Below are positions 37,701 to 50,600 of a DNA stretch of 64,000 nt, piece after piece. Source of the DNA: Phaeosaccion multiseriatum (taxonomy: Eukaryota; Protista; Ochrophyta, other classes); NCBI GenBank assembly GCA_965112735.1, contig OZ218950.1, forward strand, positions 4,154,001 to 4,218,000, in the 5' to 3' direction. Within the stretch, counting starts at the first letter, position 1; every line of letters begins with the position of its first letter. Under the pieces are notes generated by a model. It was not told the DNA's origin. It ran no database searches and saw nothing but the letters and a program-made list of their open reading frames with translations. Position numbers and translations under genes: made by a program.

Positions 37701-38685
37701 AGGCAGGCAGGGCATGTATGTACTGCTGCGTGTGTGCACACGACATGACGAACGAGTGAGCATGCGACCGAGCGAGTACCGGTAGCATGGTGCGGGGGCG
37801 GGGGAAGGGTGGGGGAGGGGAAACTGTCAGATCCGGGGGCTGCTTCTTGGCGGGGCGTGTCTGGAGTTCTTGCTTTAGTTTTGTTTTTGTAATCTTTAAT
37901 TTGCTCTGTAAGTTTTGTTTTTTTGGTTTTTGTTGGTTTCTTTGTTTTGTTTTTTAGCGAGCAGTACTGTACATAGTGCTGGTTGAGAGGATGGCAACAA
38001 AGAGGGGGAGCCAAGACACAGTGCTGGTTGAGAGGATGGCAACAAAGAGGGGGGGCCAAGAGTCAGAAGAGCCTCTGGGACGGGGGGGGGGGGAGGTGAA
38101 GCCAAGAGGAGGGGTGTGTATTATAAGGAGTTGGACATTCACTGAGACACTCGGGGGCCTTCTTCAAGAAGTGCAGGTGCAACAAGTGTTCGAGGGAGGA
38201 CGTGAAAGGCCGTTCTGGCTTTGGGAGCCACAGCAGCCGGGTGGGTGGAGAATAATCACGAGAATGCATGTCTCATTTTTGACCCCAGCACCGCCCGACA
38301 GTAGTGCCTACTAGCTAGCCTCTATACCAGCCACCCGCTGCAGGCAGAGCCGCTCATTCACACACTCACTCACTCACCCACTCACTCAAGCGCTCAACCA
38401 CTCACTCACCCACCGCCTCACTCATAGCTAGCTACGCTCACTCGGTCAGCCAGTCTCTCTCTCTCTCATCACTCACTCACTCACCCGACCACTCACTCAC
38501 TCACCCATCCACACAATTACCACTCTCGCTCACCCACTCAAGCACTCACTCATCTTCACTCACTCACTTTCTCATTCATTCAGTTGATACTCCTCACTCA
38601 TCCTCGGCCGATCCTCCCCTCATCTACTCACTTACTTACTTACTTCATTTACTCACTCACTCGCTCATCGATCACTCACTCACTC

Positions 38686-38983
38686 TCGACCCCTGACACG
38701 CTATCGCCCACTTTCTCGATAGCGCGCTATCGGTCCCCGGGGGACCCGATAGCGGATAGCGCGCCTGCCGGCGATAGCGGATAGCGGATATATACAACTG
38801 TATAAAAAAATCGACCCCTGGCTGCTGACACGCTATCGCCCACTTTCTCGAAAGCGCGCTATCGGTCCCCGGGGGGCCCGATAGCGGATAGCGCGCTGGC
38901 TGGCGCCGGGATAGCGGATAGCGCGCCGGCGATAGCGGATAGGGGATAGCGTGATAGCGTGTCAGGGGAGTGTCAGGGGTCGA
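38686..38983. mobile_element. Two adjacent family A MITEs (38686-~38790 right-truncated; 38811-38983 complete)
   Basis: TIRs TCGACCCCTG...CAGGGGTCGA and internal GATAGC repeats. The complete copy is flanked by AAAAAA on both sides. Confidence 0.8.
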
Positions 38984-39036
38984 AAAAAAGAAAAAAAGGG
39001 GAGCGTCGCTGCCACCTGTGACTCTGAATCAGCAAC

Positions 39037-40803
39037 ATGCGAAGCAGCGGGGCGATTCTGGCATCGGCACTCTCTTCCCTCTTTGGCCCAGAGGATATGA
39101 ATCCTATCTTGACAAGTAAGGCCATCCTTCGCGAGAGCTCCTGGCGATTGATCAGCGCCGCCACCGCAGCAGCAGCAAGTGGGGGACAGGTGAGGCCATT
39201 CGCAGGAGCAGCAGCAGCAGCAGGGGCGGCAAGCTTAGGTCGACCGAGCAGCAGCAGCGGCAGCAACTGCATGAATCACTCCTGCAGGCGCTTCCCGACG
39301 AAATTCACGAGCAGTTGCAGTAGCAGTAGCAGCTGTGGCGGCGGAAGCAGCCGCCTTCTATTTGGGAAACAGCAGCAGCATCAGCAGAGCCGGGCTTTCA
39401 GCGCACCGGGCTTCAGCTTCCCGGGCCCGCGCAAGTTGGATGAGATAACTAACTTGGCCAAGCTGAAGGAAGAGTCTCCTTCGGACGTGGAGAAGATCTG
39501 GAAGGCGTACCACAACGAGCGGGACGACACGTTGGGGGAGGTCATGCTGGCGGACAAGATTGCAGTGTACGTACGCCCCCTCACCTTGAGCTCGGCTTCA
39601 TGGGTGTGCGGAGAGCAGTGTATAACGGCAGTAGGGTAGCAAGTCTCTGGTGGAGGGGACGGTGGAGGCGATGGTGTCTGCTTCTAAGCCCCCCTTCTAC
39701 TACACCTCATTTTCTCATTCCCTGCTCTCCTCCCGCACCCATGCATGCCACCTCTGCGTCGCTGTCCCTTCCCCACCCGGCCCTTCCCCTGCTGCAGCCT
39801 CAAAGAGCGCCGAGAAGAATGCCCCTTGTTCATCCTTCCTGTCTTTCGCGGCGACGGTTACTTCACTCTCGTATCTCAGTGGCAGGTAGGCTCTTCTCTT
39901 TTTCAGCCCTCAGCACACTCTTCTGCCTTATCATGACAATTACCTCCTCTCTCCTGTCCCGAGAATTGTCAGTTGTGGGTTCCGGCTCCGTACTGTGCTG
40001 GCACTTTGGCCTCCTGGTTGTGTCCCTTCTTCTTTTTCTTCTCTTCCTCTTTCCATGTCGGGGTGTGTGTGTGTTTTCTCGCCATACTCACTCTTCTCTT
40101 GTACGATGCATGCAGGGCACACACAATCTCATTACCTTTCTTGACGACTTCCGTAACGCACCGGAGACCGCCCAACCTTTCATCACCGTGAGCACCTACG
40201 AGGACTTGGTGCAAGACAAGGGGCTTGCCCTCATCAGAGCAGACGTGGGCCACAACCTGAAGTGAGTCAAGTATGGGGGGGGGGGGGGGTGAGGTGAGGC
40301 GAGTGAGGCGGGTGAGAGACCGAGAGGGAGGAGGGGGGTGTCACTCGTCCTCCGCACAAGAAGAAAGGAGGGGAGAGACACGTCCATCTCGTCAAGGGAT
40401 GTTGCTTTTGTCTTTGTGAGCTGTCGTGTGTCTCTTTTTCGTCCCTCCTTCTCTCACTGTCTCTTTGTTTGTCTTTCTGTCTGTCTGTTTATGTATGACT
40501 GTCTGGACTCTTAAGAACGGTGGGCCCTCCCTCGCTCCTGTCTGTTCCCTCCACCCCACAACCCCCTACACGCTGACTCGTCCTTCTCATCCTCCTCGGC
40601 TTCACTTCACCCCCCTGTCCAGCAAAGCCGAGGGCGCCCACCTAATGGAGCTCCTGATGCGATACTACCTCGAGGACGAGAGGTACGCGCACGTCAAAGC
40701 CTTCAACTGCTCCCCTGACAGCTTCGACTTTGAAGGTTACCTCAAGGGATTCCCCAGGCCGCACGCTGCACCAGAGATAGTCACAGATAGCAAGGACCAG
40801 TAA
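39037..40803 (+). CDS. ATP11: Mitochondrial F1-ATPase assembly factor ATP11/ATPAF1 (exons ~39037-39566, 39798-39885, 40116-40260, 40623-40803)
   Basis: PRKLDEI..L.KL....DVEKIWKAYH, CPLFILPVFRGDGYFTLVSQWQ, ITFLDDFR..PETAQP, DLVQDKGLALIRADV, VKAFNCSPDSFDF; Arg/Ser-rich presequence. Confidence 0.92.
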
Positions 40804-41057
40804 GGAAGAGAAAAAAGGGGGAAGAAGAACCACTATAAAAAGTGAGAAAAGAGTACCTGATTACTGATTACAGCCGGCCTGATTACCCTTTAATTATCGA
40901 TTATGAATACGCGCACACACACTCTCGAATTGCGAGGTGTCAGGACTCGAGGCGAGACCGGCGACGACCCCTGAGAGGGTTGGTGATACGGCGACGTCGT
41001 TCGTTCATCATTCTCCTTTTCAACTTTCAACCCCCTTTCCCTCTCCTCTCCCCCCTT

Positions 41058-41741
41058 ATGAGGTGGCTCTTCTTCGTCGCATTAGCGTGTTTCCTTAATT
41101 CAGACTTCGGAGCGAGCGACAGCATAGAGAGGGACAGTAGCCAAAGCTGCAGCGGGGAGGCTGTGTGCTTGAGGGAGGGTGAGGGAAGCCCCCTTGCGAG
41201 CAGTAGCGACGGCCTTAACAGTACCGAAGGCCTCAACAGTAGCGACAGCCTTAACAGTAGCGACGTCAGTGGCAACAGCATTGAAGACTCCGTCAGTGTA
41301 CCCGAGGAGGTTGGCAGGAGTAGCAGCAGCAAAAGTTCCCGGTCTTTCTTCGATTGGTTCTGCATCCATGCAATTCTCTTCGTCGTAAGTGCCTGTTTCT
41401 TTGGATTGGGAGGCCCAAAGTTTGTTTGGCGGCGTCTGACGGCGTCCAAGGCCACTAGCACCGCAAGCACACGGCGGAAAAGGCGCAGCATGAACCCTCC
41501 GGGCACACTTGACGGCCGAGAGGGAGAGGGGGGAGGGGTCAGAAGTCAAAGCAGTAGCTGTGGAGATAAAGGGGATTCACTCGAGGATATGGAGTACCCT
41601 CCTGTGCCTGGGAGGTACCTGCGCGGCTGTAACGGGGACGAAAAGGAAGCTCAAAGGCGGTAAGTGTCAACAGGAGGAAGGAGAGGGCATGAGCAGGAGG
41701 GGCGCAGGAGGAGGTGCAGCTGAGCGGATACTACTGTGCGT

Positions 41742-41785
<44 letters not shown>

Positions 41786-42170
41786 AACACCCCCCCCCCC
41801 CCCCTCAGGTGGCGGCAAACGGTGCAGTGGCGGCGAGAGTACAACATGGACTCCATCCTGCAAGAGGACCAGCCCAAGTACAAGGTGAAGGAGCGGGGAG
41901 GGGAGAGGGTTAAGGTCGCAAGGAGCGGGGAGGGGAGAGGGCTAAAGGTCGCAAACGATAGCGATAGCGATCATAGAACCGTATCTATCCATCGTCCGCC
42001 CGTGCCACGAATGGGCCAAGTGTCTGACTCCCTCCTCTGATCTCTTGGGGGGGGGGGGGCGTCTGTTATTGCAGCGTACTGGCTGCTCAGCTGCGGTTTT
42101 GCTACGTCAATGGTCTTTGGGGGCGTACTTCCCTCCCCCACTCACTCGTTCCCTCTCTCTCCCATGGCCT

Positions 42171-42222
<52 letters not shown>

Positions 42223-44413
42223 CCCTCTACATTCGATCAGGAGGCCAAGACAGGGTTCCCCATCTTCTTCCACGGGCGGAGCAAAGGGGGCCACCCCATC
42301 CTATACGAGCAAATGGGCAAAGTAGACCTCCCCCTCCTCAGGGCCAATGTCAGTCAGTCAGAGAGGGTGGGAGAGAGGGAGGAGGGAGGGAGGGAGGGAG
42401 GGAGGAAGTGAGTGAGTGAGTGAGTGAGTGAGTGCGTGTGTGCGTGCGTGAATTAGTAAGTGAAGCGAGTGAGTGAGTGAGCCCAACCACTCACTCACTT
42501 TACTCCACGTCTCAAAAAGACGGAAGAAGAAGAAGAAGAACAACAACGCCAAGAACAAAAGAAGAAGGAAGAAGAACAAAGCAATTGCTTCTATTAGGCT
42601 ACGCGCATCGGATTGATTGAAAAGGCTCTTCCTTCCTCCCCTTACCGAAGCAACCCCTAACCCTCCCCACCTCTGCGCTCCCTGTCTCTTCTCTCTTCTC
42701 TTATCTATCGCACATATTCAAACGAACAACCAACGCTCTTACCAGGAGCTGTACGTGGAGCCTCTGCTGCGCCACTACGTGTTCTTTGTGGAGAGCATGT
42801 GGGGAGACATTATGGCCGGCAAGGACGATCAACAGATGATCACAGTCGAGGATGTGGCAGGGGTGGGCCTAGGTGAGACGGGGTGAGGGGGGGGGGGTGA
42901 GGAACTGAGGAACTGCCCGTATATCTATCTCTGTGAGAGGGCTTGAGAAGCGTGAGGGAGGGTTGTCTGTCAGACCTCAGTGGCTCAGGTGTATTCGTAG
43001 TTTAATGATCAAGGGATGCTTGTCTACGGTGAGCGGGGGCGAGGGAATTCATCCATGTACATAAACTCTGCCCTTATTTATACCTTTACCCTGCCCATAT
43101 ACCTTTGCCCTGCCCTACCCTTCCCATATCCTTGTTCCCTGCCCTGCCCTTCGTGCCCCCCTTCCCTTCCCCTCCCCTCCCCGCCCCCCCCCCCTCCTCT
43201 CCTCCTCTCCTCCCCCCAGCTAATCTCACACCCATGATTCTCAAGTTCATCCGGGGAGCGACAGGTGTGATGAAGTCTCACTATGTAGAGCGCTGCTACC
43301 GCACGTACATCATCAATGCCCCCTTCCTCTTCACAGCCGTGTGGAGACTCATTGCCCCCCTCCTCGATGCCAACACGAGGGCCAAGGTGGTACGTAAGGT
43401 GGTGTGTAGTAAGTGTATTCCGGCCCCACCTACCCACTTACCAACCTCTCCACCCCTCCACCCCTCCACCTACCCTCCATTAGAATCTCCTCTACCCTCC
43501 ATTAGAATCTCCTCTACCCTCCATTAGAATCTCCTCTACTCCTTGCCCGTGCGGCGCATCTCCTTCCCTCTCTCCCTCCTTCCCTCCCTCTCCCTCCCTC
43601 TCCCTCCCTCTCCCTCCCTCTCCCTCCCTCTCCCTCCCTCTCCCTCCCTCTCCCTCCCTCTCCCTCCCTCTCCCTCCCTCTCCCTCTCTCTCCCTCCCTC
43701 TCCCTCCCTCTCCCTCCCTCCTCAGCACACCTCCCTCCGTCCGTCCGTCCATTGTTTACCTTGCCTTCCTGGGCAGGTGATCCTGGGGACGGATTTCCGC
43801 TCCACCGTGTTAGAGGACATTGCAGAGGATCAGGTTGGTATGGCGTGTGTACGGCCGGGCTCCTCCCCCCTCCTCCTTATGTAACGCTGAGAAGTGTCCG
43901 AAGACCCGGAAGGCTTGAACTCAGTCCTCTTGATACGTAGTGTTGGTTGTGGATCCGATCATCTGGCGACCACTCCCCCTGTTTCCACCTCCCCCTGTCT
44001 GTGTATCTACACATCCCTTCACCCAGTCCTCCAAACCCCCCCCCCCGCCCTCTCCACATACACAACACCTACTCCTCTATGTTCGCCAGACCCCGTCTGC
44101 CCACCCCCCCCATTCCCTCACGCGCACTCTCACGCCCTCACGCTTCCACGGCCTCACGCACACCCTCACGCTCTTTCAGCTCCCTGTGGAGTATGGAGGC
44201 GCCTCTGCGGTCGCTTTGGGAGAGTCATCCGACGAGCAGCACATTCAGGCTATGGTGGAGCGCAACAGCAAGGCCCAGCAGAGGGCCGTGCAGGCGGCAG
44301 CAGACGCCTTTCAGCAGCTGTCAGGAGCAAAGGACGCCAAGGACACGAAGGAGGGGGGGGCAGGTGATGGCGTTGATGCGCCGCCCCCGCCCCCCTCACC
44401 CACACGCCCCTAA
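41058..44413 (+). CDS. CRAL-TRIO/Sec14-like lipid-binding protein with N-terminal signal peptide and one transmembrane segment, ~7 exons
   Basis: RYLRGCNGDEKEAQRRWRQTVQWRREYNMDSIL, FFHGRSKGGHPILYEQMGKVD, ITVEDVAGVGL, HYVERCYRTYIINAPFLFTAVWRLIAPLLDANTRAKV, DQLPVEYGG. Confidence 0.9.
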
Positions 44414-44891
44414 TGGAAGCGCTTGACACAACATGTAAGCGCTTGACATAACATGTACGCTTCACTCTTCCCTCTTCAAGAGGGATATTTACTGCATTTA
44501 CCCCAGTGCTGAATGCGTGGAGGAGGATGGAAGAGAAGACGCGCGCGCGAGAGAGAGAGAGAGAGAAAGTAAGAGAAAGGAAGAGGGCCTCCCTCACATG
44601 CATGTGTGCGTCCGGTCCATGAGCTGCTGAGTGAGCGAGTGAGCGCTGTCTTCTATGGGGAGAGAAGAGGATAGAGTAGAGCAGTTGGTAATACAAAGCA
44701 CAGCAGAACTCTGTCATTTACTCCTCTCTCTCTATCCTTTGCTCTTGTATTCAAGGAATGCATCTTTGCTCTTGTATTCAAGGAATGTGGTTCAATGTAC
44801 GTACAGCTGTCTTAATAGCTGTAACTCCCTGCTAAAGAACCTCCTTGGGCTGCCATCTATAACTGCGTTAACTAGCGTAACCTAGCGTTAA

Positions 44892-45111
44892 CTACCCGTT
44901 AAAGAGCTCTTCGATGGCCGCGTCTAAGGCCTCCGGCGTGAACTTGAGATATTGTGACTGGTGCTTCTTGCTGAATTGCACCTGCACAAGGTAAGGGGTA
45001 AAGTGGATGCCCAATTGAGCGTCCAATCAGGAGGAGGAGGAGGAGCAGCAGCAGCAGGAGCAGCAGGAGCAGCAGCAGCAGTAGGAGGAGGAGGAGGAGG
45101 AGGAGGAGGAG

Positions 45112-45172
<61 letters not shown>

Positions 45173-46174
45173 GAGGAGGAGGAGGAGGAGCGGGAGGAGG
45201 AGGACGTCGATCAATATCAAAATGAATGAGCGAAGCGGTGGGGTGAATGAAACAAGTGATGATGTGCACGATCGATCGAAAATGACAGCGAAAATGCATT
45301 CAGCTACAACAACATCTACCACCCTCCCCTCGAGACACGTTAAGACACACGTTAAGACACACGTTAAGACACACGCTAAGACACACGCTAACGAACGCAC
45401 CTCCTTGTAGGCCGTGTACATGTGCGTGTACCCCACCATGACGCCGCGCAGCGTCCGCCTTAAGTCCTCCTTCAGGATCGGATCCGAAACTGCCAACTGT
45501 TGGAGAGGGAAGGAGGGAGGGAGGGAGGGAGGGAGGGAGGGAGGGAGGGACCGTGAGGACGACAAGGGGGGGGAGCGGGGGGAGACGTGACGTGACGTGG
45601 AGTCAGTGAATTTCGTTGGAAGCGACAGCTTTCGTAAACGAATCTTTATTTTGACAAATACGTCCCATGTCCTCGGGAGAGACAGAGACAGAGGAAGACA
45701 AAGAGAGAGGTAGAGGGAGAGAGACAGGGGAGGACAAAAGAGAGACAAAGGGAGAGATTATATATATGGATAGAGGGAGAAAGAGGGGGAGAGAGAGGGA
45801 GAGGGAGAAGGGGGGAGAGAGAGGGGGGGAGAGGGAGACGGGAGTACATACAGACCCTACTCCCCCATTCCCCGCGCGTTCCGGGTGGGTGGATTGGTTT
45901 CCACCTCCACATGGTCGCACCGTTCTGTGTAGGGCATACGTCTCCTCCCACGCCTTGTTGAAAGCCAAAAACTTGGACTTTACCTGAGCGACCATCGATG
46001 GGGGTGGGGGGCGGGGTGGGACACACACATAAGCATACATGAGGGTGAGCATCGATTGACAGACAGACAGGACAGACAGGATAGACAGATAGACAGACCG
46101 ACTGACTGACCGATTGACTGACAGAGAGACAGACAGAGAGACAGATAGACAGAGAGACAGAACAGACAGATAGA

Positions 46175-46224
<50 letters not shown>

Positions 46225-46483
46225 TGGCAGACAGAGAGAGAGACAGAGAGACAGACAGGCAGACAGACAGGCAGACAGGCAGACAGGCAGGCAGGCAGGC
46301 AGACAGACAGACAGACCCACTCACTCACCGCTCGGCCGCAGTCCTGAGAAAGGATCTTGTCCTTGCCCCTGTTGGTGAGACCGAGGCAGCAGGGCACAGC
46401 AGGGAGGTAAGAGACGATGCATGTGTCTGTGTATATACAAAGAAGAAGGAGGACGAGAAGAAGGCGAAGAAGAACAACAGCAT

Positions 46484-46521
<38 letters not shown>

Positions 46522-47579
46522 GAAGCAATACACTCACTTTTGATACTGCAAAGGTCCCACATCATCCACAGTGGCCGCGACAAGCTGATCCGTGAGCAGC
46601 TCCTGGAACGAGGATTGCTTGCCCGTCATGAGACGGCTCAGCAGCCACAGAGTCATCGAGGTCATATAGGCACCTGCCTGCATCTTCACCGCTCCTCCTC
46701 CTCCTCCTCCTCCCCCTCCTCCTCCTCCTGCTGCTGCTGCTGCCGCTGCTTTGCCTTCTGCCGTCATGGGAGACAACGCTCCCGTCGCGGCAGAACTGTC
46801 CCCCCCCGCCGAGGAAGAGTAAGGGGAGTTGCCGGCGAGGGTAGAGTGAGGGAAGAAGCGGGGGTCAGCTCCTGAAACAGAGCCGGAGGTAGAGCCCCCT
46901 CCTGGAGAGGACAGGTGCGTGCCGACATCGAAGGTCTGTTTGGCCGTGGTGATGATGTAGCTGGCGTTGTTGAGGAGGAAGAGCTGTCGCCTGCAGAGAG
47001 AGAGAGAGAGAGAGAGAGCGAAAGAAAGAGAGACAAGAGAAGAGAGCGAGGAAAGGGCGTGGGGGTAGAGCGACGTTTAAAAGTAAGCCCCATAAGCCCC
47101 CAGGCCGACGGGATATTGAGCTCCGCCCGGCAAGTGTATGGGCACGCAGGCAGGTGTACGGGTACACAAAATAAGTTAAGGGGCAGAAGGGCACGCAGGC
47201 GGATGTCCTAACGTAACGTGTCCCCCCCCGCGAGTTACGGTTAGGAGAAGGGGGGATTGATTCTGCGAGCCCCGCCCCGGTGCGGTGAGTGTGCGTGCTG
47301 TAGACTGCCATCGCTTGACGCACCTGATGTCGCTGCTCTGACTGCCCGCTGGGTAGGAGCGAGCCTTCTCCACGAGATTGTCCAGCAGAGTCCTTAGCAA
47401 GCAAGGCACATGGCGGAGAGGGGGGGTGGCTAAGTGGTGTGTGTGCATCAGCTTGCCCTCTTTACTTCCACAAAAACTGAAAATACACGCACACACGCAC
47501 ACACACACACACACACACAAGCAAATGACACAAACAACACACACACAAACACACAGCAATGGAAGTAAGCCTCCCCTAC

Positions 47580-47614
<35 letters not shown>

Positions 47615-50600
47615 GACTACGTGATTCTTAGCTTGATTTCCCAGTCAGTCAAGAAACTAACGCACTAACCCTAACCCTACCACGGACCCCATTCCTACAC
47701 CCGACACCGTACCGGATGATGTGATTGACGAACTGCGTGAACTGGGGGAACTTTCTGTGCAGCCCTGTCTCGTCTGCGGCCTTGATACCAGCAATGCCGT
47801 GTCCTTGTCGGCCCATTGCAGCTGGGGGGGGGGGGGGGTGAACAATGGAGAGAGGAGGAGAGGAACTGAGAGGAGAGAGAGAGAGAGAGAGAGACAGAGA
47901 GAGGCGACAAAGAAAGAACACAAAAAGATTTAAAAAAAAAAAGGCAAGCGTTCGCGCCCCGTGTTTGGGTCCATCACGCACACACTCACACACACACACA
48001 CACACACACACACTTACCCACGGATGCTGCGACGGCAGCGACAGTGGACTCCTCCGCCCACGGCATGGAGGCCTTTGACTTGAGCACGAGAGCGTTGAAG
48101 CCCTCCCTGCCGATTGAGAGGGGCGCGGCACAGGAGCAAAAGAACAGCCATCATAAGAAAGGGGAGAGAAGAGAAGGGAAGGAAGGGAAGGGAGGGGAAG
48201 GGAGAAGGGGCGAGGATCAGGCTTCATGTATACTTGTGCAAGCCGGTCTTGAGCAGAGAAAGAAGGGAGAGGGTCGGGAGAAGGTTGGCGTTGGTGTTGT
48301 CGGGATTTCCTTGCAGTGATGGACAGTAGTTAGATGGCAGTAAAAGGCAGTGGAACGATAGCAGTGAGAGGTACTGTAGTGAGAGAAGAAAGCACCCACC
48401 TGAAAGCGAAAGTCCGCTTGACTGCTCGGAGTGTGTTCGACGTCAGCACCTTCCGGGCAGGATACGCAATAGGAGGGATGGGGAAGGGGGGGGGGGGGAG
48501 GGGGTGGAAGAGAAGCAGGGGGGGTGAGAGGGGAAGGGAGACGTCACACTTCCTCTTCCGCTTCTCCAACACGAAGTCAAGCAAAGAAAAACCTGCATTC
48601 ATCTACTGTGTTGGTTATTGTTGTCTTTGACCGAGGAAGGGAGGGCGGGAGGAAAGGAAGAGAGGGGAGGGAGGGTGGGAGGGAGGGAGGAAAGAAAGGG
48701 GGGGAGGGGGGGAGGGAAGAAAGCGAAGAGAGAGGGGGGGGGGGGAGACTCACATGGACGGCGGCGTTGTCGGGTACGTTCTTCTTGTTGACACTATCGT
48801 CCCTCACGGCCTTGATAAGCTCCACGCAGCGACTCACGCACGCCGTCTCCAGAGAGCGGCCTAGACCACGCAAGTCGTCCGCAAGGCCGGCTTTGAGGAG
48901 GAGGAGGAGGAGGAGGAGGAGGAGGAGGAGGAGGAGGAGGAGGAGGAGGAGGAGGAGGAGAGGAAAGGGAAAGGGGGGAGGTTGAGGAATACGCAGAGAG
49001 AGGGGGAGGGGGGGGGGGGGGGGGAGAAAGGGAGACTGCGGTACTCATACAGCACAATGGTCGTCTCCTCGTGTGGTGCTTACCTGCCCCTGTTGGCTCG
49101 CAGATTCCTTCCGACAATGCTCGGATGAGCGCTTCTCCTTGGAGATTGAAGACTTCAAGCTACACGCACGCGCACACAAATACAGAAAGAGAGGGAGGAG
49201 GGTAGTCGAGGAGGGTGGGAAGGGTCCGTCCGTCCCGTAGTGAGTGAAGGAAAAAGAGGGGAACCCAGGACGAGCGACGCACAGCCATCTCGGAGGGCGC
49301 CATCTGTGAAGGGAAGCTTCTTAACGGTACCCGTGCGTCCGTCCGTCCGTCCGTTCGGCCCTCCCCCCCTTCCTCTCTTCGTATCACCAACTGCTCTACT
49401 CTGTATCACCAACTGCCGCATGTACCGTACCATCTCCAGCACGGAGAGCATGGCCTCGATGAAGGCGTCGCCGCTCCATCCGCCCCGAGATGCGTCCTGC
49501 CACAAGCACACACCCCAAAGCACCGCAGGCGGCAGGGAGGAGCGAGGGCACGTAAGGAAAGGGGGTAGGCCAGGGAGATGGACACTTAAGTCAGGGAGAT
49601 GGATACTTAAGTCAGGGAGATGGATACTTAAGTCAGGGAGATGGATACTTAAGTCAGGGAGATGGATACTTAAGTCAGGGAGATGGATACTTATTGACTT
49701 CATAGTACGGCAGGGAGATGGATACTTATTGACTTCATAGTACGGCAGGGAGATGGATACTTATTGACTTCATAGTACGGCAGGGAGATGGATACTTATT
49801 GACTTCATAGTACGGCAGGGAGATGGATACTTATTGACTTCATAGTACGGCAGGGAGATGGATACTTATTGACTTCATAGTACGGCAGGGAGATGGATAC
49901 TTAAGTCAGGGAGATGGATACTTATTGACTTCATAGTACGGCAGGGAGATGGATACTTATTGACTTCATAGTAGGGCAGGGAGATGGCAAGTAAAACACA
50001 CCACACCATACTTGTACTTGTGTGACTTTTGTGACTCTTTGGTGCGGGAAAAGCAACAGCGAAAAGCGACGCACAAACCGTACTTAAAGGATGGGGCGGG
50101 AGGAGAGGAGGAGAGGAGGAGAGGAGGAGAGAGGGTGTGGCTAATCCACAACGAGGCGGGAGGAGAGGAGGAGAGCGCGTGGGACACAGGACGGCACGAG
50201 GCTGTCTGTGAGTGAGTGATGAATGAGTGAGTAAGTGAGTGAGTGAGTGAGTGAGAGAGTGAGAGAGTGAGTGAGTGAGTGAGTGAGTGAGTGAGTGAGT
50301 GGTGAGTGAGTGAGTAAATGAGTGAGTGAATTATTGAGTGAAGGACCGCCCCTCTCTCCTCCTCTGCACCTTTATTGACTTACCGCGCTCGGAGGGGTGA
50401 GGTCCGCCGCTCTGCTCTTATTCATTCGGAAACCCTTGGCTGCCGCACTCTCGCTGACGGGACGGGGGGGGGGGGGGGGCGAGGGGAGTACACACGCACA
50501 CACACACACACACAGACACACACACACACACATCTCATCGTCATCATGACCGTTGTAGGGGGAGAAACGCACAGCGTGTCTCCTACTACTGAATTCCGAC

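Noticed and set aside
38355-38685. Possible structured ncRNA upstream of ATP11
   Set aside because: It is a degenerate (CACT)n microsatellite with no tRNA, rRNA or snRNA signature.
49571-49988. CRISPR-like array (constant repeat with intervening sequence)
   Set aside because: Only two invariant spacer types, no cas genes, and it lies inside a eukaryotic intron; it is a minisatellite.
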